This document shows, in pieces, positions 49,143 to 59,592 of a DNA stretch of 61,522 nt. Below the pieces are notes generated by a model, which did not search any database, was not told the DNA's origin, and saw only the letters and a list, made by a program, of their open reading frames with translations. The translations under genes were made by a program, and so were the position numbers. The DNA is taken from assembly GCA_026391215.1 (NCBI GenBank), contig JAPLDX010000081.1, forward strand, positions 1 through 61,522, in the 5' to 3' direction. Within the stretch, counting starts at the first letter, position 1, and every line of letters starts with the position of its first letter. Origin of the DNA: Bacteroidia bacterium. Lineage in GTDB: Bacteria > Bacteroidota > Bacteroidia > Bacteroidales > VadinHA17.

Positions 49143-52100
49143 ATGCGTGACAGATTGTTCAAACTCCTTGGAATTGAATCCGGCGAGGAGTCGATGGTGT
49201 CAATACTGCTAGCACAATCTGTTTTTCTGGGCATATTTTTTGGCGCCTTCGACATCAGTGCCCATTCTCTTTTTCTCTCAATTTTTGACGAAAAGATGAT
49301 GGCTAGGGGATATGTTGTCTCCGGTCTGGCGGGTATTATACTTACATCTCTCTATACCGGGTTGCAGACAAGGATGCGCTTCAAGAATTTTGCAATTATA
49401 AACCTTGTATTTGTAACCATCCTTACACTGATACTCTGGATACTCCTGCTTCTTAATCCTGCAAAATGGGTGATCTTCCTTGTTTTTATAATGCTCGGGC
49501 CTTTGAATATACTGGCTATGCTGGGCTTTTGGGGAACGGCAGGACGTTTATTCACACTCCGGCAGGGCAAACGACTTTTCGGACTCATTGATGTGGGAAT
49601 GATATTGGGAATAATCATCAGCTGTTATGCAATCCCGATAATCCTGTCGTTCAATTTCAAGGCCCATAATATTCTAATTATCAGTGCCGCTGCTGTTTTG
49701 ACCGGCAGTATTATACAGATCATAATCGGAAATCGCTTTCCGCTTACATCAGGCAAGGGTGAAAAGGGGACAGAACCAAAGGAAAAGAAAAGATCCGTAA
49801 CTGCTCTTTTCCGTTCAGATCCCTACATAAGGATTATGGGGATATTCATTGCACTCTCTGTAATGACTGCCTTTTTCGTTCAATATTCATTCATGGCCGT
49901 TACCAGGGAGCAATATCCGTCCGGAGAAGATATGGCACGTTTCCTGGGTCTGTTTACAGGGAGTATGATGATATTTACCCTGCTTATCAAGCTATTTGTA
50001 TTTTCCTATCTGATAAGAAATTACGGCTTGCGTACATGCCTTGCCATTTCACCCATACTTATCGCAGCCTTTACGCTTATAGCAATTATTATTGGAATGG
50101 CAATGGGATTTACTCCGGCAACAAGCGGATTCTTGCTCTTCTTCATGCTTCTTGCCCTGAGCCGTTTGTTCTCGAAATCTCTAAAGGATTCAATCGAATC
50201 TCCTTCATTCAAAGTGATCTACCAGACAATAGATGAAAAAATACGCTACGAGGTCCAGTCAGCAATGGACGGAACGGTGAATGAAATTGCCGCACTTTCA
50301 TCCGGACTTATACTGGCGGGTCTGGGAGTTTTGAGTTTTGTGAAGCTGATTCATTTCTCATGGGTGCTTTTCGTTATTACCATCATATGGATTTTTGTTG
50401 CTGTAAAATTGTATTCGGAGTACAGGAAATCAATAAAGAAAGCCCTTGAATCAGGAGGGCAGGGAGTGACGGAAGAGACTTCAAGCATGGGGAAGGGTGT
50501 AGTTAACAGCATATTTTCAGCAGATCAGGCCCTGACTGACAATTATCTTAACCTCATATCAGGTGATTTCTCATCTTTTGAAAAAAACAATAACCGCTGG
50601 TTCTTCGAAAAAATACTTGATCAGTCAGAAAGCAGGAATGATCTCAGCTTATTACCGTCATTGAACAGGATCGCTTCAAATAATAATATTGATGAGGAGA
50701 TAAGGCAAAGATCGGTTAAGATAGCTGAGAATCTGAAACATACCTATTCCCCTGATCAGCATGATGAAGATAAATTGTTCTCTGCCAGAAAGATACTTGC
50801 CGATTCGAGACAACCTCAGACCACTCAGATATTAAGGCTCCTGAGGGATAGTAACATTGAATCGAAAGAGCTGGCAATCTTAATGATTGGTAAATTCAAG
50901 CTTAAAGATATGCTGCCTGAAGTATGCGAGTGTCTCAATATCAGGGGACTTGAAGTTCAGGCTGCGAATGTACTCAACAGTTTTGGTGATGAGGCAGGGG
51001 AGGAAATGAGACGATTTTTCCTGGCCTCATCAGGGAATCCTGTTATCAGTAAGACTATTTTGAGACTTCTTGGAAAATACTGCAGCGCAGAAAATGAAGA
51101 ATTCATATTTTCCAGGCTATGGTCAAATTCACGACAGATAAGAGAAGCAGCGCTTGAGTGCCTGGTTAATTGTAAATTCAGAGTGAAAGTTGAGGATATG
51201 GACCGGTTACACCAGCTGATCTCTGATATGATCGGAGTGATGGTCTGGAACATATCAGCAAGGATCAGCATTATAAGAAAAAACAACACTTTCCTCCTGG
51301 AACCATTAAACAGTGAAATTTCCCGCTGGAATGCATTCCTGTTTAAATTGCTCTCAATAGCATATGATGCCGGATCAATAGATAAAATAAAGGAAAACCT
51401 TGAAAACGGGACTGTTGAAAGTGTCAACTATGCGCTTGAGATGATCGATATTGTAATTGATGAGTCAATAAAACCAAAGCTGATCCCGCTTCTTGATGTT
51501 ATTCCTGATGAAGACAAGGTGAAAGCACTGTTCCAGTTTTTCCCGGGTGAAGTACCAGGATACCAGAAGCTGGTTGAAGATATCATTAACAGGGATTATA
51601 ATCTTCTTGGAATATGGATGAGGTCATGTGTCATCAGAAGTTTACCTGTAGTCGAAAATGAAAGTACTGGCGAATCACTGGTAGCGCTTCTTTTCAGCCC
51701 TAAGACAATATTGCAGGAAGAATCTGCAAAGTTATTTTCACGGACAGACAAAAAATTATATACATCTGTGTCAGGCCGGATACCTGTAAGTTTCAAGGAT
51801 CGGCTTGACAGGATAGTTAACGGTGGAATTCCTGACAATGAATTGTTTTATGAAAAAGTAGAATTTCTATCGGAATGCTTTCCGGGATCAGCAAAGGAAG
51901 ATCTGCTTCTGCTTGCAGAATCCTTGTCGTACCTTAAAGATAAAAAACCGGCTGATACAAATATCACAGGAGGTTACATACTGTGGCCGGTACTTTCAGG
52001 GAAACCAGGGAAAGAAGTTATAATAGTCAATGATTCCGTGAAAACAAAAGGGGAATGGCCTTTAAGTGACAGCTTCGATTTCCTGTACCTGCTTCCGCTG

Positions 52101-52181
52101 GAGGCTATTAAGGAATATCATTTCAGGTTTCCTGAAAAATCAGATGAAATAATGAAATATATTGAAATTAATGAAAATTAA
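49143..52181 (+). CDS. NTT/TLC-like MFS transporter fused to HEAT-like repeats
   Basis: About 12 TM segments in the first ~430 aa with FW...RLFTLRQGKRLFGLI; helical repeat C-terminus. Confidence 0.7.
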   Translation: MRDRLFKLLGIESGEESMVSILLAQSVFLGIFFGAFDISAHSLFLSIFDEKMMARGYVVSGLAGIILTSLYTGLQTRMRFKNFAIINLVFVTILTLILWILLLLNPAKWVIFLVFIMLGPLNILAMLGFWGTAGRLFTLRQGKRLFGLIDVGMILGIIISCYAIPIILSFNFKAHNILIISAAAVLTGSIIQIIIGNRFPLTSGKGEKGTEPKEKKRSVTALFRSDPYIRIMGIFIALSVMTAFFVQYSFMAVTREQYPSGEDMARFLGLFTGSMMIFTLLIKLFVFSYLIRNYGLRTCLAISPILIAAFTLIAIIIGMAMGFTPATSGFLLFFMLLALSRLFSKSLKDSIESPSFKVIYQTIDEKIRYEVQSAMDGTVNEIAALSSGLILAGLGVLSFVKLIHFSWVLFVITIIWIFVAVKLYSEYRKSIKKALESGGQGVTEETSSMGKGVVNSIFSADQALTDNYLNLISGDFSSFEKNNNRWFFEKILDQSESRNDLSLLPSLNRIASNNNIDEEIRQRSVKIAENLKHTYSPDQHDEDKLFSARKILADSRQPQTTQILRLLRDSNIESKELAILMIGKFKLKDMLPEVCECLNIRGLEVQAANVLNSFGDEAGEEMRRFFLASSGNPVISKTILRLLGKYCSAENEEFIFSRLWSNSRQIREAALECLVNCKFRVKVEDMDRLHQLISDMIGVMVWNISARISIIRKNNTFLLEPLNSEISRWNAFLFKLLSIAYDAGSIDKIKENLENGTVESVNYALEMIDIVIDESIKPKLIPLLDVIPDEDKVKALFQFFPGEVPGYQKLVEDIINRDYNLLGIWMRSCVIRSLPVVENESTGESLVALLFSPKTILQEESAKLFSRTDKKLYTSVSGRIPVSFKDRLDRIVNGGIPDNELFYEKVEFLSECFPGSAKEDLLLLAESLSYLKDKKPADTNITGGYILWPVLSGKPGKEVIIVNDSVKTKGEWPLSDSFDFLYLLPLEAIKEYHFRFPEKSDEIMKYIEINEN

Positions 52182-54171
52182 GGTTCCGATGGCATTACGC
52201 AGAACAACAATATTCAAGCAGCTTATTGTGAATATTGCTCTACCTACATTGCTGGCACTGTTTATTTTTGCTGCCTTTAATTTTCAGCGCACCCGTTCCC
52301 AGCTTGAAAGAAGCAATGATGAGAAGAACAGGCTGCTGACAAATGAGGTTACCAAGATCCTTAAATTCCAGGACATTGCCATAAACCTTATTGAGGATGA
52401 ATTCAATAACAGGTTCAGGGAGTTTAATTCACGTCTGGTAAATGAATATCTTAATAACACTGATAATATTAAAGATCTTGATCTGAAGAAGATAGCCAGA
52501 GAAATAGGGATGGATCCGAACAATGAAGATATTTATGTAATTGCAGAAGACGGGATAGTCGTCAATACAACATTAAAGGATGAGCTTGGATTCAATCTGT
52601 ACAGTCTGGGAGAAAATTTCAGAAAATACTTAAATGGCATACGTGAATCCGGAGAATTTGTCACAGATCTTTTTGCCATAGAACATCAGACAAAAAGGCC
52701 AAAGAAGTATACCTATCAGGCCACCAAAGACAAAAAATATATAATTGAGCTTGGCGCCTATTCCAGGCAGGTTGATGAGGTTGTCCAGGCAATAGAGGAT
52801 ACCAAAACTGAAATGAAAAGCGAAACGGAAGGTATTATAGATGTTGAGCTGTTCCTGATCGCTGATGAACCATTCAGTATGAATAAAGATGTTCAGGAGG
52901 TCACAAACCAGAGAGATACTCTTCTAAGGGCTTTCAAAGATAAAGCTACCATCAATATCACTGAAAAAGTAGGTAAATCATGGTATAATTACCTTTACAT
53001 TTACATGGAAAGGGCTCAGGTCAAGGATAAACCCTCAAGCCTTTACAGCCAGGGATCAGTAATAAGAATTATCTCAGACCGTACTTCACAAAAAGCGCTG
53101 CTAAGAAGAGAAGCCTCCAAGCTGATTATTATTTTCGTGCTGACACTAATTGCTCTTACAGCTCTGATATACAGGAAGACAAAGGTTATTACACGACCTA
53201 TAAAAAACCTTGTGGAGAATGTCAACAGAATCACAAACGGGAACCTGAGAGAACGAGCAGAAGTGGTTGGTAATAATGAAATTACGATACTTACTGAAAA
53301 GTTCAACATGATGATCGCCCAGCTCGAGAGTTATACATATGAGCTCGAGGAAAAGGTGAAGGAAAGGACACTGAAAATTGAAAAGCAGAAAGAGGAAATT
53401 GAGGAGCAGAAAAAGCATATCACCGACAGTATTTACTATGCCCGTCGAATTCAAAATGCAATACTTCCGTCCTTCTCCATGATCGACGCACAACTTAAAA
53501 ACTACTTTATTTATTATCTGCCTAAAGATATTGTAAGCGGAGATTTTTACTGGGTACACGAGACTGACGGACTTTTCATGGTAGCTGCTGTTGACTGCAC
53601 AGGTCATGGAGTTCCAGGTGCTTTCATGTCGATAGTGGGCTTTAACCAGCTTAATTCTGCTGTGACTGTAAAGAAAGCAAGATCAGCAAGCAAAATACTT
53701 GATGAGCTTAATAAAGGAGTAATAACAACCCTGAACGAAAATACGGGAGATACATCAATCAAGGACGGAATGGATATGGCTCTCTGCGTATTTGACCTGG
53801 AAAAGAAAAAAGCGGAATTTGCCGGTGCAAACAATCCATTGGTGCTTATAAGAGATAATAAAATAGTGAGATATAAAGGCGACAGGTTCCCTATAGGGGC
53901 CTATGAAGGCAGCGATACACTCTCTTTTGCCAATAATGAAATTGACCTCATGGATGGTGATTGTCTTTATCTTTTCTCGGATGGTTATGCCGATCAGTTC
54001 GGGGGACTAGATGGTAAGAAATTTATGTACAAAAGGTTTGAAGAGCTTCTTCTTGAAGTGCACTCAATGCCAATGAATGTCCAGAAGGAGACGCTGGATA
54101 AAAGACTTGCGAAATGGAAAGGTTCCAATGATCAGGTAGATGATATCCTGGTGATTGGCATAAAGATATAG
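52171..54171 (+). CDS. Membrane sensor - HAMP - PP2C/SpoIIE phosphatase (SiaA-like)
   Basis: Two TMs around a periplasmic domain; ITRPIKNL..NEITIL..FN.M HAMP; PKDIVSGDFY, DCTGHG, DGMD, DDILVIG. Confidence 0.88.
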   Translation: MKIKVPMALRRTTIFKQLIVNIALPTLLALFIFAAFNFQRTRSQLERSNDEKNRLLTNEVTKILKFQDIAINLIEDEFNNRFREFNSRLVNEYLNNTDNIKDLDLKKIAREIGMDPNNEDIYVIAEDGIVVNTTLKDELGFNLYSLGENFRKYLNGIRESGEFVTDLFAIEHQTKRPKKYTYQATKDKKYIIELGAYSRQVDEVVQAIEDTKTEMKSETEGIIDVELFLIADEPFSMNKDVQEVTNQRDTLLRAFKDKATINITEKVGKSWYNYLYIYMERAQVKDKPSSLYSQGSVIRIISDRTSQKALLRREASKLIIIFVLTLIALTALIYRKTKVITRPIKNLVENVNRITNGNLRERAEVVGNNEITILTEKFNMMIAQLESYTYELEEKVKERTLKIEKQKEEIEEQKKHITDSIYYARRIQNAILPSFSMIDAQLKNYFIYYLPKDIVSGDFYWVHETDGLFMVAAVDCTGHGVPGAFMSIVGFNQLNSAVTVKKARSASKILDELNKGVITTLNENTGDTSIKDGMDMALCVFDLEKKKAEFAGANNPLVLIRDNKIVRYKGDRFPIGAYEGSDTLSFANNEIDLMDGDCLYLFSDGYADQFGGLDGKKFMYKRFEELLLEVHSMPMNVQKETLDKRLAKWKGSNDQVDDILVIGIKI

Positions 54172-54198
54172 ATAACAATCTGGTTTTAATTTCAAACT

Positions 54199-57100
54199 AT
54201 GGGATCAAAGAAAGAGACCCGGGTTCTCAATCCATTTCCGGGGCTGAGGCCATTCGCACCGGAAGAAAGCGACCTGTTCTTCGGTCGCGAAAGGGAAAGC
54301 GAAGAAGTACTGAAAAAGCTTCTGAATAACAGGTTTGTTACCGTAATAGGAGCTTCAGGAAGCGGTAAATCCTCGCTTATATATTGCGGTGTCTTGCCAA
54401 AGATCAGGAACCTTGCATCAGAAAACTCCTCATCCTGGAAGATCATCATGTTCAGACCCGGAAATGATCCTCTTGGCCACCTGGGAAATTCAATCAGCGA
54501 AAATATAACAGGAACAGATCAGGAAAGTGCTTCTGCGGAGAACATACTTCAGGATTTGCATTTAAACGACGGAATAGCATCTACCTTAAAGAAACACATG
54601 ACAAAGGGCAACGAAAAGATCTTGCTCGTTGTTGATCAGTTTGAGGAAATATTCAGATATAGCACCCTCAGTGCAGGCGGTATCAAAGGAACTGATGCCA
54701 CCGAGTTTGTTGAGAAGCTGGTGAGCGCTATTATACAGCCTGATGCAAAAATATTTACATTAATTACAATGCGCTCCGACTTTATCGGAGAATGTGCACA
54801 TTATCAGGGTCTTACACAATTAATCAACAACAGCAATTACCTTGTTCCGCACATGGACAGAGAAAATTACAGGCAGGCAATTGAGGGACCGATAAAGTAT
54901 GCCGGGGCAAAAATAGAACAAAAGCTTGTTGATACGCTTCTTACTGATATAGGCGAGAGAACCGACCAGCTTCCTGTTCTGCAACATGCCCTGATGAGGA
55001 CATGGACTTACTGGCAGGAGCTTGACGATCCGGGACGACCAATAAGCTATTCTGATTATGATTCAGTCGGAACGATGAGTGATGCCATGTCCAGGCACGC
55101 TAATGAAGCATATGAAGAGCTTAGTCTGCGCGGCAAGGAGATCTGTGAAAAGATGTTCAAGACCATTACAGAAAAGGGAGTGGATAATAAAGGAATCAGG
55201 CATCCTTCGAGTGTCAGTACTATAAATTCAATAGTTCAATGTACCAGTGATGAGCTGTTTGAGGTTGTTGAAAAATTCAGGATCCAATCAAGATCATTTA
55301 TTACGCCGAGACAGGATATACCCTTAACTGATGATTCAATAATAGACCTGTCCCACGAAAGTCTTATGAGATTATGGGACCGGCTGAGGGAATGGGTTGA
55401 TGATGAAGCTTCTTCGGTACAGATGTATCTGCGTCTCTCAGAAGCTTCAGCCATGTTCCAGCAGGGAAAAACAAGCCTCTGGAGGCCTCCGGATCTTCAG
55501 CTTGCAATAAACTGGCGTGACCAGCATAAACCTACTCTTGAGTGGGCGCAAAGATATGACCCGGCATTCGAAAGGGCGATGGTTTATCTCAGGACCAGTG
55601 AAAAGGAATACCTCGATGAGGAAGAAAGCAAGATAAGGCTGCAAAAAAAGCAGATGAGGAGAACAAAGATCGTGGCAATAATCCTTGGAACGGCTGCTAT
55701 CATTTCATTGGGATTCATGTTATTTGCTTTTGTTCAGAAAATTGCCGCAGACAGAGCAACTCTGCTTGCTGAGGAAAGAAGACAGCAGGAGGAAAAACAA
55801 AGATTCAGGGCTGATTCTTCAGCGCATGTTGCTGAAATTCAAAGGAGCTTAGCTGATTCAAGCGCAAATGTTGCTATGATAAAGGAAGCAGAAGCTGTTG
55901 AGCAAAGGAATATTGCCAATGATCAGAGGGTATTGGCAGATAGAAATGCCAATGAAGCTCAGGTTCAGCGTAGCATTGCCGAGGTGCAGGCCGATTCGGC
56001 AAAACGCGCAAGCATACGAGCTGACCAACAAGCTACAAATGCCACGGAACAGAAAAACAGAGCCCTGAGCCTCAGGATGCTTTCTATAGGAAAATCAATG
56101 TCAATCAAATCATTACAGGTCCAGGGACAGAAAGATCTTCAGACGCTGCTGGCCTACCAGGCGTATCTGTTTAATAAAAAGAACAATGGTCTGGAAAATG
56201 ATGCTGATATCTTCACAGGTTTATATAATGTTGCAAAACAATATGGGGGCGTCACATATAAAACATTTAAAGGACATGATGGCGCAATTAAAAGTGTCGC
56301 ATTTATTCCGGGGACCAATGAATTCTTTACCTCCGGCGAAGACGGCCAGGTCCTTAAATGGAATCCAAATGGCAAAGACCAGACAATCCAGGTCATCTAT
56401 TCCGGAACGGATATTATTGAAGTGCTGGCAGTAAGCCCCGATGCATCATGGCTGGCATGCGGGAGCAGCAGCTCTTCAATCCGCATGATACCTCTTAAAG
56501 GGAACAATATGCAATATGAGCTTACTGGTCATACAGGCAAAGTCAAATCGCTGATCTTTTCCTTCGACGGTAAGTATCTTTATTCCGCTTCACTTGATGG
56601 TAAAGTGCTTAAATGGGATATAGCTGCCAGGACAAGCACAAACATTACAACCGGAACCATGCAGATAACTTCAATAGACATATCGTCCAATGGAAATTAT
56701 CTTGCAGGGATAAGCAATAATGGCAGCGTGATTGTCTGGAATCCTGAAGACAACAGAGAAAATTTCAGGCTTGAGACCTCGGGGAAAAATATAAAAGTAA
56801 TAAGGTTTAAACCTGATGAAAATATTCTGGCTATAGGAGATGTTAACGGAAATATAGAATTGTGGAATATAACGACACAAAAACAGATCTCGAAAGTCAA
56901 AGCTCACACTGCCCAGGTGAACGATATACGGTTTAATCCGGTCCTCGGACAAATGGCTACTGCAAGCAATGATAAGACGCTGAAGATCTTCAATAAAATA
57001 GACGATCTTACAGAGCCTCCCATCACTTTTACTGATAATGAGGGATTTGTGCTTGTGATGAACTTCAGTCCCGATGGCAAACTGATAGTTTCGGGAACAT

Positions 57101-57285
57101 ATGACAGAACACAGAACCTGAACAGTCGACCGTCGCATGTCGATTATATGGTTGAAGGTATCTGCGACCTTGTAACAAGAAACATGACCCAGGATGAGTG
57201 GAACACTTATGTGGCAAAGGATATTCCACTTGAAGCAACTTGTCCTGACAAGGATTATAATATCAAAGTAAATGTAATCAGATAA
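54199..57285 (+). CDS. STAND (nSTAND1-like) NTPase - TM - coiled coil - WD40 protein
   Basis: NPFPGLRPF..FFGRE, GASGSGKSS, VVDQFEE, LPVLQHAL, HESL; TM IVAIILG..FAFV; GH..WD-type repeats. Confidence 0.88.
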   Translation: MGSKKETRVLNPFPGLRPFAPEESDLFFGRERESEEVLKKLLNNRFVTVIGASGSGKSSLIYCGVLPKIRNLASENSSSWKIIMFRPGNDPLGHLGNSISENITGTDQESASAENILQDLHLNDGIASTLKKHMTKGNEKILLVVDQFEEIFRYSTLSAGGIKGTDATEFVEKLVSAIIQPDAKIFTLITMRSDFIGECAHYQGLTQLINNSNYLVPHMDRENYRQAIEGPIKYAGAKIEQKLVDTLLTDIGERTDQLPVLQHALMRTWTYWQELDDPGRPISYSDYDSVGTMSDAMSRHANEAYEELSLRGKEICEKMFKTITEKGVDNKGIRHPSSVSTINSIVQCTSDELFEVVEKFRIQSRSFITPRQDIPLTDDSIIDLSHESLMRLWDRLREWVDDEASSVQMYLRLSEASAMFQQGKTSLWRPPDLQLAINWRDQHKPTLEWAQRYDPAFERAMVYLRTSEKEYLDEEESKIRLQKKQMRRTKIVAIILGTAAIISLGFMLFAFVQKIAADRATLLAEERRQQEEKQRFRADSSAHVAEIQRSLADSSANVAMIKEAEAVEQRNIANDQRVLADRNANEAQVQRSIAEVQADSAKRASIRADQQATNATEQKNRALSLRMLSIGKSMSIKSLQVQGQKDLQTLLAYQAYLFNKKNNGLENDADIFTGLYNVAKQYGGVTYKTFKGHDGAIKSVAFIPGTNEFFTSGEDGQVLKWNPNGKDQTIQVIYSGTDIIEVLAVSPDASWLACGSSSSSIRMIPLKGNNMQYELTGHTGKVKSLIFSFDGKYLYSASLDGKVLKWDIAARTSTNITTGTMQITSIDISSNGNYLAGISNNGSVIVWNPEDNRENFRLETSGKNIKVIRFKPDENILAIGDVNGNIELWNITTQKQISKVKAHTAQVNDIRFNPVLGQMATASNDKTLKIFNKIDDLTEPPITFTDNEGFVLVMNFSPDGKLIVSGTYDRTQNLNSRPSHVDYMVEGICDLVTRNMTQDEWNTYVAKDIPLEATCPDKDYNIKVNVIR

Positions 57286-57298
57286 AAATATCAGGCAC

Positions 57299-58351
57299 AT
57301 GAAGACCAGATATTCAAATTCATTAATTCCCGAACTTGCTCTATTTATATTATTCAGTTCGGTTTCTTTAGTAGTCTTTCCCCAGGAAAAAAGCACCTGT
57401 GCTGTAAATCTTCAAAACGCACAGACTCTTTTTGACAACGGGCAGGTTGAACAGGTCCCCGAGATGCTGCGCGAATGTCTCAAGTCAGGATTTAAACAGG
57501 AGGAAGAGCTTGCAGCATACAAGCTCATTATCCAGACATATCTGTTTGAGGACAAAAATGAAAAGGCCGATTCGGCAATGCTTGCATTTCTGAAAAAATA
57601 TCCGGAGTACCAGCTCAGCCCTACAGACCATTCGAGCTTTGTTCACCTATACAATAACTTTGATGTCAGACCAGTTGTTCAGCTTGTTTTCCATATCGGC
57701 ACAAATATTCCTTTTGTGACTTTTATCGATGATCCAAAATCTATTTCATCGGACCCGGTTCCCGGCAATTACAGCAGCGAAGCCTTGAATCTGTTTGCTT
57801 CCCTTGAGGCTAAATTTGCCATAAATTCCAGGCTGGAACTCAATATTGAGGGAGGCTTTTCACAATCATCATTTTCGGTTAAAAAAGATATTCTTGGTTC
57901 TGGTGTATCATTTTATAATGAAATCCAACAAAGGCTGGAAATTCCGATTACCGCTACATATAATTTCATAACATTCGGAAAGTTCACCGCCTATGCCCGG
58001 GCAGGAGCCGGTGCCGCAATCGGCCTTGCCTCAACTGCAAAAGAAGTCTCCTTTTTACCAGTCGTTGGCAAAGATCAAATAGGTTATGAGATTTCAAGGA
58101 AGAATTCAAGGATCAAATTAGACATATTTGGCCAGGCTGGTGCAGGGATCAAGCTTAAAACCCCAAGAGGCTATATAAATTTCGAAATCAGGTCTAACAT
58201 GGGAGTATACAATCAGGTTATACGTGGAGGAGATGATGCAATACCGCTTGCGTGGGAATACAAATACAGTGATGAGGACTTCAATCTGAATAATCTCAAT
58301 TTTAGCCTGGGTTATACTCAGATTTTCTATAAACCTTTAAAAAGAAAGTAA
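57299..58351 (+). CDS. Outer-membrane beta-barrel (PorT-like) with N-terminal helical domain
   Basis: Signal peptide, helical TPR-like start, LEIPITATY and other amphipathic strands. Confidence 0.6.
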   Translation: MKTRYSNSLIPELALFILFSSVSLVVFPQEKSTCAVNLQNAQTLFDNGQVEQVPEMLRECLKSGFKQEEELAAYKLIIQTYLFEDKNEKADSAMLAFLKKYPEYQLSPTDHSSFVHLYNNFDVRPVVQLVFHIGTNIPFVTFIDDPKSISSDPVPGNYSSEALNLFASLEAKFAINSRLELNIEGGFSQSSFSVKKDILGSGVSFYNEIQQRLEIPITATYNFITFGKFTAYARAGAGAAIGLASTAKEVSFLPVVGKDQIGYEISRKNSRIKLDIFGQAGAGIKLKTPRGYINFEIRSNMGVYNQVIRGGDDAIPLAWEYKYSDEDFNLNNLNFSLGYTQIFYKPLKRK

Positions 58352-58357
58352 CAGGAA

Positions 58358-59548
58358 ATGAAGTGGAGAATAATTATAGCGTTCATCCTGGTGTTTTTTA
58401 CCTCTTGTGAAAAGAAGGGAAATGAAGATGATACCATTCTGAAGTTTTTCAGCGAGGCTTATAAAGATACCGGGAATAGTGTTGCCATCGGAGAAGACTG
58501 TTATTATATATGCGGTCAGATAACAGAAAGCCAGATAAGCAAAGCAGGCATTATTAAAGCAAGCTTTGATGGTAATGTAGTAGGGAAACCAGTTACTTAC
58601 AGTGGCCGGCTGACAGGTTCAGCATCAAAGATCATTGTGCTCACGGATGGGACTATTGTATGTATCGGTTTTGTGGTCGACTCTGTTTCAAGTGAGAAGG
58701 ATATAATTGTTGTGCATGCTCAGTCAGATCTCTCGGTAATCAGCCAAAAAATCTATAAAGCCACTGGAAACCAATACGGCGTGGATATAATTGAAACACA
58801 GGAAGGTTTCCTTCTGCTTGGCACTACCGATGTAAAAAGAGAGCCTGCGACAGAGGTAACCGGGAATGCTGCAGGCAAGAAGGATATTCTTCTTATGCGG
58901 ATCAACAAAAATCTTGATATGCTTACACCAATACCAGCCGTCGGTTTCATTGGCAATGATGAGGGAGTAGCCATCAAACTGGATTTAAACGGAGGCTATA
59001 TGGTAGTTGGGACAACGGACAGGTCGGACCGCCTTGCCTCTGAACAATCCGGAAATAATATCTTTCTTCTGAGAGTCAATTCTGACGGCAGTACAACCCA
59101 GCCCCGGATAGTGGGAGATACTAGAAATGAAGCAGCTTCAGATTTTGAAGTTTTAAGTGACGGATATCTCATTGTGGGCACAACCGGAAACGCCGGAACC
59201 ACACAGCAGGGATTTATCTGGAAAATACCGGTAGATATTTATGATGATCCTGAGATTGAGGGGCAGATTAAACTTGATCCTCCATGCTCAATCAAGGCGA
59301 TGTGCAGGTATAAATCCAATTATTTTCTGCTTGCAGGTCAACATGGCACCGGATTATCAGCCAGGCTGATTGTTTTTACTGTGAATGCTTTCGGTGACAT
59401 GGTGGAGGGACAAATAAAGGAAACAGGAGGAAACGGGACACAGGTTGCAAATGATGTTATTACAGATGAATCCAATAATATCATCACTATCGGGAATAAC
59501 AGCTATGAGGATAATTCAATGATATTCTTTCTGAAATTCAGATTTTAG
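58358..59548 (+). CDS. Lipoprotein with beta-propeller-like repeats
   Basis: FTSC lipobox; repeated dG.Y.ivGtT..DI.l.R blades. Confidence 0.65.
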   Translation: MKWRIIIAFILVFFTSCEKKGNEDDTILKFFSEAYKDTGNSVAIGEDCYYICGQITESQISKAGIIKASFDGNVVGKPVTYSGRLTGSASKIIVLTDGTIVCIGFVVDSVSSEKDIIVVHAQSDLSVISQKIYKATGNQYGVDIIETQEGFLLLGTTDVKREPATEVTGNAAGKKDILLMRINKNLDMLTPIPAVGFIGNDEGVAIKLDLNGGYMVVGTTDRSDRLASEQSGNNIFLLRVNSDGSTTQPRIVGDTRNEAASDFEVLSDGYLIVGTTGNAGTTQQGFIWKIPVDIYDDPEIEGQIKLDPPCSIKAMCRYKSNYFLLAGQHGTGLSARLIVFTVNAFGDMVEGQIKETGGNGTQVANDVITDESNNIITIGNNSYEDNSMIFFLKFRF

Positions 59549-59592
59549 AAATGCAACCAAGTGAGGCATAAAATTGACTATTAAGAAAAAGA

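Noticed and set aside
45311-57396. Antisense ORFs such as 45311-45919 and 56671-57396, and the other short nested ORFs in the track
   Set aside because: Lie opposite or within well-supported genes and have no recognisable motifs
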